This document shows, piece after piece, positions 1-8,196 of a DNA stretch of 17,112 nucleotides. A program made the position numbers and the translations under genes. Each line of letters begins with the position of its first letter. Position 1 is the stretch's first letter. Origin of the DNA: Meiothermus sp. (GTDB lineage Bacteria > Deinococcota > Deinococci > Deinococcales > Thermaceae). Where the stretch lies: NCBI GenBank assembly GCA_033762915.1, contig JANRLD010000095.1, forward strand, positions 1 to 17,112. The letters run 5' to 3'. The notes under the pieces are model-generated. The model worked only from the letters and a program-made list of their open reading frames with translations, was not told where the DNA came from and searched no databases.

Positions 1-2
1 AC

Positions 3-173
3 CACGTCACCATCGCTATCGTCACCCACAACATGCAGCAGGCCGGACGCGTCTCCGACTTCACCGGCTACTTCCTCCTCGGCGAACTGATCGAGTTCGG
101 CCCCACCAGCCAGCTCTTCACCAACCCCAAGGACCCCCGCATAGAGGCCTACATCACCGGCAGGTTCGGCTAG
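3..173 (+). CDS. pstB: Phosphate ABC transporter ATP-binding protein, C-terminal fragment (5' truncated by the window)
   Basis: The frame from position 3 translates [64 protein letters not shown] and the terminal YITGRFG are PstB hallmarks. TAG at 171-173. Not in the ORF track. Confidence 0.95.
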   Translation, partial: HVTIAIVTHNMQQAGRVSDFTGYFLLGELIEFGPTSQLFTNPKDPRIEAYITGRFG

Positions 174-248
174 GGGCGGGCGGGGAAAACCGACCCCGGT
201 TGCGCTTTACCTGTCCGTTTTCGGCAGGCTGAAGCCGACGCGACGCAA

Positions 249-719
249 TCAGTGGGTCGAGACGGTACTGGGGAGGAGGTTCTGGGCCTCGAGCTCCCGA
301 ATCCAGCCGCGAACACGGGCGGCGATCTGGTCGCGCACCTCGCGGAAGGCTGCGGCCTTCTCTTCGTCGGAGCCGGCAGCGGCGCTGGGGTCGGGAAAGG
401 GCCAGTAGAGGCGGTGGGTGGCGAAGGGGAAGATCGGACACTTCTCCTCGGCGCTGTTGCACACGGTGATTAAGTAGGTGAAGTGGTGCTTGCCACCGAA
501 GTAGTCCAGCAGGCTCTTGGCGTACTGCCCCTCGGTGCTCAGCCCCGCCTCCTCGATCACGCGGACGGTGAGCGGGTTGACCCGGCTGGGCTCGAGGCCC
601 GCGCTGTACACCTCGAAGCGCTCGCCGCCGTAGTGGCGCAGCAGCGCCTCGGCCATCTGGCTGCGCGCTGAGTTGTGGCTGCACAGGAACAGCACGCTCA
701 GTTTTCTGGTCTTCGCCAT
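249..719 (-). CDS. arsC: Arsenate reductase, thioredoxin-coupled LMW-PTP fold (copy 1)
   Basis: P-loop CSHNSARSQMAE, SAG, resolving Cys pair ITVC-NSAEEK-CP, and WPFPDP. Purine-rich RBS AAGGGGGAA upstream. Confidence 0.88.
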   Translation of the reverse strand: MAKTRKLSVLFLCSHNSARSQMAEALLRHYGGERFEVYSAGLEPSRVNPLTVRVIEEAGLSTEGQYAKSLLDYFGGKHHFTYLITVCNSAEEKCPIFPFATHRLYWPFPDPSAAAGSDEEKAAAFREVRDQIAARVRGWIRELEAQNLLPSTVSTH

Positions 720-747
720 AAGTTCCCCCTTTTACGCTTTGCCCCGG

Positions 748-1437
748 TCAGTCCGGGATGCCCCTAGCCCCGCGGGTGGGCTGGCCGCCGGCTGCTCGAG
801 CCCTGCCGTAGATCCAGTCTGCCGCCCAGGCCGCCAGCACGCCCCCCGCCAGCGGCCCGACCCAGTAGACCCAGTGCTCCGCAAGGCCACCGCCCCAAAG
901 CGCCGAGCCAAACGAGCGGGCTGGGTTCATGGCCCCGCCGGTCAGGCCGGCCCCCGCCGCCACCCCCAGCGCCACCGCCGCCCCGATGTAGCCCGCCGCC
1001 GCAGGGTTCTTGAGGTGAACCGCAGTAGCGAAGATGACAAAAACCAGCAGGAAGGTTAGCGCCGCTTCGAGGCCGACCCCCGCCCAGGGCGAGACCCCCC
1101 CGCCCAGGGCGGGTGCCCCGAAGTTGACTCGAGCCAGTCGCTCCGGCCCCAGCAGCAGGGTCAGCAGCCCCACCCCGGCGGCCGCCCCCGCCAGCTGAGC
1201 CGCCGCGTAGCACAGCGCGTTGGACGGCGCGATCCGCCCGGTGAGCAGCATCGCCAGCGTCACCGCCGGGTTGAAGTGCGCCCCCGAGGCCGCCCCCAGC
1301 GCCGCGATCATGGCTGCGATGACCAGACCGTTGAGCAGGATCACCCCGACCCGATCCACCCCGCCCGCAATCGCCCCCACCACCGCGAACAGCAGTGCGA
1401 AGGTGCCCAGGAACTCAGCAGCGCAGGCGCGGGCCAT
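748..1437 (-). CDS. MIP/aquaporin-family channel, likely a metalloid (arsenite) channel given its context
   Basis: AEFLGTF, two NPA motifs (SGAHFNPAVT, GAMNPARSFG), HWVYWVGP. GGAGG 8 nt upstream. Lies between two arsC genes. Confidence 0.92.
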   Translation of the reverse strand: MARACAAEFLGTFALLFAVVGAIAGGVDRVGVILLNGLVIAAMIAALGAASGAHFNPAVTLAMLLTGRIAPSNALCYAAAQLAGAAAGVGLLTLLLGPERLARVNFGAPALGGGVSPWAGVGLEAALTFLLVFVIFATAVHLKNPAAAGYIGAAVALGVAAGAGLTGGAMNPARSFGSALWGGGLAEHWVYWVGPLAGGVLAAWAADWIYGRARAAGGQPTRGARGIPD

Positions 1438-1452
1438 GGGTCGGGCCTCCGC

Positions 1453-1920
1453 TCAGCGGGCCACTTCGGCCAGCCCCGCCGCCCGCGACAGCAGCGCCTC
1501 GCTTGGCAGATGCCCCTGCTTCAGCTCGCCCACCAGCGCTTGGGCCATCCGCCCCAGCCCGTCGCGCACCCTGCGCCACTCCTCGAGGCCTTTGCCCGAG
1601 GGGTCGGGGAAGCTGACGTGAAGCTTGGCGGTCTTGGCGGGGTAGGCCGGGCAGCTCTCGGCGGCAGAGTCGCAGACGGTGATCACCAGGTCGAAGTCCC
1701 AGGGGTCGGGGAGGTCGTAGAGGGTCTTGGAAGTGTGGGAGGTCAGATCTATCCCCACCTCGCCCATCACGGTGGTCGCGTCGGGCTTGACGAAGGTGGC
1801 CTCGGTGCCCGCCGACCAGACCTCGGCCTCGAGGCCCGCCCCCGCAGCGTGAAACCGGATCCAGCCCTCGCCCATCTGCGAGCGGGCCGAGTTGTGGGTA
1901 CACAGCACCAGAATCCGCAT
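1453..1920 (-). CDS. arsC: Arsenate reductase, thioredoxin-coupled LMW-PTP fold (copy 2), probably leaderless
   Basis: CTHNSARSQM, SAGTE, ITVC-DSAAES-CP, SFPDP. TATAGT 6 nt before the ATG and no SD. Confidence 0.9.
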   Translation of the reverse strand: MRILVLCTHNSARSQMGEGWIRFHAAGAGLEAEVWSAGTEATFVKPDATTVMGEVGIDLTSHTSKTLYDLPDPWDFDLVITVCDSAAESCPAYPAKTAKLHVSFPDPSGKGLEEWRRVRDGLGRMAQALVGELKQGHLPSEALLSRAAGLAEVAR

Positions 1921-1926
1921 GGGGGA

Positions 1927-1951
1927 ACTATACTGTTCGACCGGCGTCGAA
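1927..1951 (-). promoter_or_regulatory. -10 element of the arsC-aquaporin-arsC operon with adjacent palindromic operator candidate
   Basis: The minus strand reads TTCGAC-GCCG-GTCGAA-CAG-TATAGT-TCCCCC-ATG. The perfect 6-4-6 dyad is at 1936-1951. Confidence 0.6.
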
Positions 1952-2125
1952 GTGTCAGGGCAGCGTCAGCTCGCCCAATTTGGATTCGGGCCAAGATTTA
2001 ACCGCCGATGGAAGCCACCCTCGCGGCCATCAACTGGCGAACCGCCGTAGAGCCGCTGCACCCGGGCGTGTACGCTTTGCCTGCGTGTACATTTTGCCTG
2101 TTGGTTTACCCAAGTGCGCAAAGCC

Positions 2126-2151
2126 AAAAGCCCCGCAGCATTATGCGGGGC
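2126..2151 (-). terminator. Intrinsic terminator downstream of glmS
   Basis: Minus-strand hairpin GCCCCGCA-TAATGC-TGCGGGGC followed by TTTT. Confidence 0.65.
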
Positions 2152-2170
2152 CTTCTGGCGCGGGCCTAAC

Positions 2171-2264
2171 TTAGAGCGGTTCTCACGCATACTCCCTAAA
2201 GCAGAAACCGCTGTAGGGAGTACATTACCTGCCGCCGCGAGGGAGGTAATGGTGGTAAACGCGA

Positions 2265-2267
<3 letters not shown>
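2171..2267. mobile_element. MITE-like element family 2, copy X (91 bp between TTA direct repeats)
   Basis: TTA|GAGCGGTTCTCAC...GTGGTAAACGCGA|TTA. Aligns with 13041-13150 (shared AGCGGTT, GCAGA, GTACATTAC, GTAATGGTGG). The right TTA is the glmS stop codon. Confidence 0.7.
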
Positions 2268-4079
<1,812 letters not shown>

Positions 4080-4401
4080 GCTTAACCTCGCTGCTGAACG
4101 CTGAGCGCCAAACGCTGGAGGCAAAAGCCCAACTCGAGCGGTTTGGCTTCAGACCGCTTCCACAACCTCGCCCCCGCCGGCCGATCAACCTTGCTCTAGG
4201 GGTTTGACCTTAACGCTCGGCCTTCGGCGACGCATGAAAGAAGTCCACTCTGATGGTCGGAAACCCAGCCGGCACACAACCGCCCGTAAGCGGTGCCGTA
4301 CTAGGTACACCGGAACAACCGGCCTGCACGAACACACCCCGCCCACCCGCAGGGATGCCCGTCGGCCCTCGACGCTACACGCTAGACTCTTGACACTTTT
4401 G

Positions 4402-4648
4402 GCCCTGCGCCCGCTTTGTCCTCGGCTCACGCCATCGGCTTTGGCTGGGCGCTTCTTTCAGAGAGGGGAGGGCTCTCCCCTGGCGGCATCCGCGGATCGT
4501 GCTCGATCTTGGGCAGTGGGCTGCCCTGCTTCTGGTCTAGGCCAGAATCCGCCTCCTCGTAAGGTGAATGGCCCGTGGCTTGTAGCTGGTGGTGATTTTG
4601 CTCCCACCGGCTACGAGCCGCTAACTACCGGCCCACACCCCCTGCGCT
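4402..4648 (-). ncRNA. glmS ribozyme (GlcN6P-activated self-cleaving riboswitch), expanded variant
   Basis: Minus strand: A^GCGCAGG (predicted cleavage between 4648 and 4647), long P1, ACGAGG, P2 GGCGG/CCGCC, ATCG, CCGCGGATG, P3 region AGGGGAGAGCCCTCCCCT, P4 GCGCCC...CAAAGCC...GGACAAAG...GGGCGC, and a 3' AGGGC able to form P3.1 with GCCCT. Lies in the glmS leader. Confidence 0.85.
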
Positions 4649-4726
4649 CCTCATAAAACGCCGTTTCTCACAGCATTTGATTAGTTTTTCTCACATCCTT
4701 TCCGGGCCTTAATCAAAGCCCCGAAC

Positions 4727-4735
4727 AGTTTAGCA
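4727..4735 (-). promoter_or_regulatory. Putative extended -10 of the glmS promoter
   Basis: Minus-strand TG-C-TAAACT about 80 nt upstream of the ribozyme cleavage site. No clear -35. Confidence 0.45.
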
Positions 4736-4762
4736 TTTTTTCGTCTGTGTGCGTGTTCATAC

Positions 4763-4792
4763 TTGACATCGGCGCAAAAACCTCGGTATGAT
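4763..4792 (+). promoter_or_regulatory. slpA sigma-A promoter
   Basis: TTGACA (4763-4768), 18 nt, TATGAT (4787-4792). Implies a 5' UTR of ~150 nt ending at GAGGAGG (4941-4947). Confidence 0.8.
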
Positions 4793-4951
4793 TCACCCGG
4801 ATGACAAGGTGAGAGATTTGTAAGCCCCACTGGGGCGTCTCACCGGCGCGTCTTTGTTGTGGGGATTGTTGGGCTACTAGGGAGAGGAAACACGGCAACT
4901 CGACCCCGAACACCTAATCGTCTTCATGGCAACCTCTAACGAGGAGGCATG

Positions 4952-7900
4952 ATGAAGAGGAAGCTAGTAGTATACCTGGCTGGACTCCTGACGGTGCTTT
5001 CCGTCGGCTTCGGCTCGGCTCAGTTCTCCGACGTTCCCGCCGGACACTGGGCCAGAGAAGCTGTCGAGCGCATCGCTCAGCGCGGTCTAATCACCGGTTT
5101 CCCCGATGGCACCTTCCGGGGCAACCAGAACCTGACCCGCTACCAAGCGGCCTTGATCATTGACCGCCTGCTGCAGCAACTCGCCCAGCAGCAGCCCGGC
5201 GCCGCCCCCGCCCCCAGCGTCAGCGAAGAGGACATGGCCGCGATCCGCAACGCGGTTCAGGAACTCGCCGCCGAGCTGGCCGCGCTGGGCGTCCGGGTTT
5301 CGGCCCTCGAGGACAACAGCGCCACTAAGGACGATGTGGCCGCCCTCCAGGCCGCCATCGACGAGCTGAAGGGCATGCAGAGCGCCGCCCCCGCTGCGCC
5401 CGCCGAGCCCGACACCAGCATGCAAGACGCGATGGACAACCTGCAGCAGCAACTGCAAGAGCAGATTGACAGCCTGCAGGCCCAGATCGACGAGCTGAAG
5501 GCTGCGGGCGAGACCCCTGCCGAGCCCGCCGCACCTGCCGCGCCCGCCGAGCCCGCCGACAACTCCGAAGTCCAGGGCCAGATCGACAGCCTGCAGGAGC
5601 AGATCGACACCCTGCAACAGCAGATTGACGAGCTGAGCACCAAGATGGACGAGATGAGCGCGGCGGCGGCTGAGCCCGCCGAGCCCGGCGTTGATCCCGC
5701 CGCCGTGGCCGAGCTCTCCGACCGCGTCGAGGCTGCCTCGGTGGCCGCCGACACCGCCCTGGCCCAGGCCGAGCAGCTGGCCGAGCGCCTTGGTCAGGCT
5801 GAAGGCCGTGTGGACGCTGCCGAGCGCCGTATGGACGCCGCCGAGGGTAACCTCGCCGCCCTCCAGACCCAGGTCGAGGCCGATGCCGACAGCATCCGCG
5901 CCCTCAACGAGCTGGCCGTTCTGCTCAACCAGGACGTCCTCTCGCTGCAGGACCGCGCCACCGCCCTCGAGAAGACCCTGGCCGACGTGGACTTCGACAG
6001 CTTCGCTACCAAGGAAGATGTCAGCGCCATCCAGGAGTTCGCCACCGCCCTGCGCGGCGACCTGGTGCGCCTGTCCGACCGCGTGAGCGCCCTGGACAGC
6101 CGCGTGGGTGGCATTGACACCCGCCTGGCCGCCGTCGAAGGCACCCGCCCGACCCTGACCGGTGCGTTCAACGCCCGCTACGGCTACCGCGTCCTCACCG
6201 GCACCGGCGGCGACTTCGACATCGACCGCCTGTTCCCGGCCGCTGGCTTCGCCGGCGACAGCAACGGTGCCGACATCAACGGCGACGCCGACACCAACGC
6301 CGGCGGCAGCCTGACCCTGGGCATCCGCCGCGCCGCCACCACCACCAGCGGTTTCAACTTCACCGACGCCAGCGTGGTTATTGGTGGTCTGTTCACCGGT
6401 GACGGCTCGGTATTCGGCCTCGAGCCCGGCCTGCGGATCAACAGCATGGCCGTCAACGGCAACGTTGATGGGCAAGCCGTCTCGATGCGCTACAACCGCT
6501 CCAACACCTTCCGCCTGACCCCCTACTTCATGAACAACAGCGGGGACGCGGTCGGCCGTGGCTTCCTGATCACCGCCAACCTCAGCAAGGCGCTCCTGGC
6601 CCCCAACTTCACCGTGGTGCTGGGCAGCACCGCCGCCAGCGGTGCGGGAACGGACGACTACTTCGGCATCCGTGGTCAGATCAACCTGCTTGGTCTGAAC
6701 GTGGGCATCAGCTACGGCGAGAACAACGCTCGTAACACCGGCGTTGCCACCTCCCGTGCGCTGGCTGGTGTGGACTTCAGCGGTTCGCTGCTGGGCTTCA
6801 TCAACCTCCAGGGTGAGGCCATCAACTCCAACCGCATCGGCACCAACGCTGCCGACAGCCTGTTCTACACCCAGGCCGGCCTGGGCCTCGGCCCCATCAG
6901 CCTGCGGGCCAACTACCGCTCGGTGGACACCGACTTCGGTACCGCCGACTGGAACACCAACACCAACAACACCGCCGGCCTCTCGCGCAACGACGGCGAC
7001 CGGATCTTCAACCCCGGCACCGCGGGTACCGGCTTCGGCATCATTGCCGATGCCAACCTGGGCTTCATCACCCTTAACGGCTACTTCGACAGCAAGAGCG
7101 ACTACGGCACCGGGGCCAACCCCCAGACGGCCTTCGGTGTGGGCGCCAACCTGCCCCTCTTCGCTGGCCTGAGCCTGACCGGCTACTTCAACAGCCTCAC
7201 CAAAGCCGGCGCGCCTTCCGGGGACAACCCCTTCTCCAACCAAGGCCCCGCTACCCGCGCCGCCTGGGGCTCCAACTTCGGTGTACAGGTAACCCACAAC
7301 GGCGCTTCTCCCAGCGCTCTGATCGGTGGCCTGAACCTGGGCTTCGAGTTCCGCAACACCACCGTCACCGGTGGCGCCCGCACCGACCTGGTTGGTAACG
7401 CCAGCTACGCCTTGGGCCTGGGCTTCCTGACCCTGACCCCCAACTTCCGCTTCCGCAGCTTCAACAGCACCGTGGGCGGCGAGGCGGCTTACACCACCAC
7501 CAAGTTCGGCATCCAGGCCACCACCACCGCCTTCAACCTGGGCCTGTTCACCCTCACCGGTCGTGGCGCCTTCGCTACCCGCAGCACCTCCGTGGGCGCG
7601 GGCATCAGCGAGACCATCATCCGCGCGGGCGTCACCCTGGGCAACTTCCTGCTGCCCGGCGCCAACCTGCTGGTGGACTACGGCAGCGGCAGCGGCACCA
7701 ACATCACCGACTACAACCCCCGCACCGACGGCGACCAGACCTTCAACAACGACAGCGACCGTCTGGTCAACGGCCCCGGCGGCGGCTTCAACACCCCGCT
7801 GACCGCTGGCGCGCTCAGCGGCACTGTGAGTGGCTTCCAGCTCCGCTACGAGTACGCGGGCTGGGGCGTCTGGTACGGCAACTTCAGCTTCACCGAAGCC

Positions 7901-7954
7901 GCCACCTCCTCCAGCGCTCAAGGCTTCCGCATCTTCTACAGCCTGAGCTTCTAA
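4952..7954 (+). CDS. slpA: S-layer protein SlpA (signal peptide, SLH domain, coiled-coil stalk, C-terminal outer-membrane beta-barrel)
   Basis: MKRKLVVYLAGLLTVLSVGFGSA-QFSDVPAGHWAREAV...GFPDGTFRGNQNLTRYQAA closely resembles Thermus SlpA. Heptad-rich middle, G/N/T/F-rich beta region, terminal Phe. The ATG at 4952 is preferred over 4949 on SD spacing. Divergent from glmS. Confidence 0.93.
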   Translation: MKRKLVVYLAGLLTVLSVGFGSAQFSDVPAGHWAREAVERIAQRGLITGFPDGTFRGNQNLTRYQAALIIDRLLQQLAQQQPGAAPAPSVSEEDMAAIRNAVQELAAELAALGVRVSALEDNSATKDDVAALQAAIDELKGMQSAAPAAPAEPDTSMQDAMDNLQQQLQEQIDSLQAQIDELKAAGETPAEPAAPAAPAEPADNSEVQGQIDSLQEQIDTLQQQIDELSTKMDEMSAAAAEPAEPGVDPAAVAELSDRVEAASVAADTALAQAEQLAERLGQAEGRVDAAERRMDAAEGNLAALQTQVEADADSIRALNELAVLLNQDVLSLQDRATALEKTLADVDFDSFATKEDVSAIQEFATALRGDLVRLSDRVSALDSRVGGIDTRLAAVEGTRPTLTGAFNARYGYRVLTGTGGDFDIDRLFPAAGFAGDSNGADINGDADTNAGGSLTLGIRRAATTTSGFNFTDASVVIGGLFTGDGSVFGLEPGLRINSMAVNGNVDGQAVSMRYNRSNTFRLTPYFMNNSGDAVGRGFLITANLSKALLAPNFTVVLGSTAASGAGTDDYFGIRGQINLLGLNVGISYGENNARNTGVATSRALAGVDFSGSLLGFINLQGEAINSNRIGTNAADSLFYTQAGLGLGPISLRANYRSVDTDFGTADWNTNTNNTAGLSRNDGDRIFNPGTAGTGFGIIADANLGFITLNGYFDSKSDYGTGANPQTAFGVGANLPLFAGLSLTGYFNSLTKAGAPSGDNPFSNQGPATRAAWGSNFGVQVTHNGASPSALIGGLNLGFEFRNTTVTGGARTDLVGNASYALGLGFLTLTPNFRFRSFNSTVGGEAAYTTTKFGIQATTTAFNLGLFTLTGRGAFATRSTSVGAGISETIIRAGVTLGNFLLPGANLLVDYGSGSGTNITDYNPRTDGDQTFNNDSDRLVNGPGGGFNTPLTAGALSGTVSGFQLRYEYAGWGVWYGNFSFTEAATSSSAQGFRIFYSLSF

Positions 7955-7975
7955 TCTTCGGATTGTGGCTCAACA

Positions 7976-8004
7976 GCTCCCGCCTTCGGGCGGGGGTTTT
8001 TTTT
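7976..8004 (+). terminator. Intrinsic terminator of slpA
   Basis: GCTCCCGCC-TTCG-GGCGGGGG stem with a cUUCGg loop, followed by 8 T. Confidence 0.93.
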
Positions 8005-8021
8005 GTGGGCCCGGCAGGTTG

Positions 8022-8136
8022 CAGGTTGCACCGGGGCAGATTTGCAGAAGTGGCGATTGACGCAGCTACGCACCTGGCGCAATACCCTGGGGACGTTCCG
8101 GGAAGGCATTCCGCAGTTCAACCATGCAGACACTGC
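8022..8136 (+). repeat. MITE-like element family 1, copy E (most degenerate ends)
   Basis: CAGGTTGCACCGGGGCAGATTTGCAGAA...GGCGCAAT...CATTCCGCAGTTCAACCATGCAGACACT. Colinear with copies A-D. Confidence 0.65.
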
Positions 8137-8149
8137 CCCGCGTATTGTT

Positions 8150-8187
8150 TTCTGATGTAGACAGAAAACCCTCGAGCCAGTTATAAT
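8150..8187 (+). promoter_or_regulatory. uvrB promoter with RDRM-like 17-bp operator overlapping the -35
   Basis: TTCTG-ATGTAGA-CAGAA (8150-8166; arms extend to GTTTTCTG/CAGAAAAC). -35 TAGACA at 8158-8163, 18 nt, -10 TATAAT at 8182-8187, ATG 9 nt later. Confidence 0.78.
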
Positions 8188-8196
8188 TGACAATCC

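Noticed and set aside
721..1929. 9-bp inverted repeat AGTTCCCCC (721-729) / GGGGGAACT (1921-1929) flanking the aquaporin and arsC copy 2
   Set aside because: Short and low-complexity. Each arm is explained by a local role (RBS; -10 to start spacer). No target duplication or recombinase.
1966..2190. ORFs 1966-2190 (-) and 1980-2174 (+) as a missing ars regulator
   Set aside because: No HTH-like pattern, and they cross the glmS terminator and the family-2 element end.
4390..4395. Perfect TTGACA on the plus strand within the glmS leader (antisense promoter?)
   Set aside because: No TANNNT at 16-19 nt spacing.
4185..4913. ORFs 4185-4430, 4204-4656 and 4713-4913 in the glmS-slpA intergenic region
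   Set aside because: They overlap the ribozyme and promoters, have atypical composition and lack recognisable domains.
5087..7921. 944-aa ORF antisense to slpA, and similar long antisense ORFs over glmS, uvrB and alr
   Set aside because: Shadow frames produced by strong GC3 codon bias. Low-complexity V/G/A translation with no recognisable motifs.
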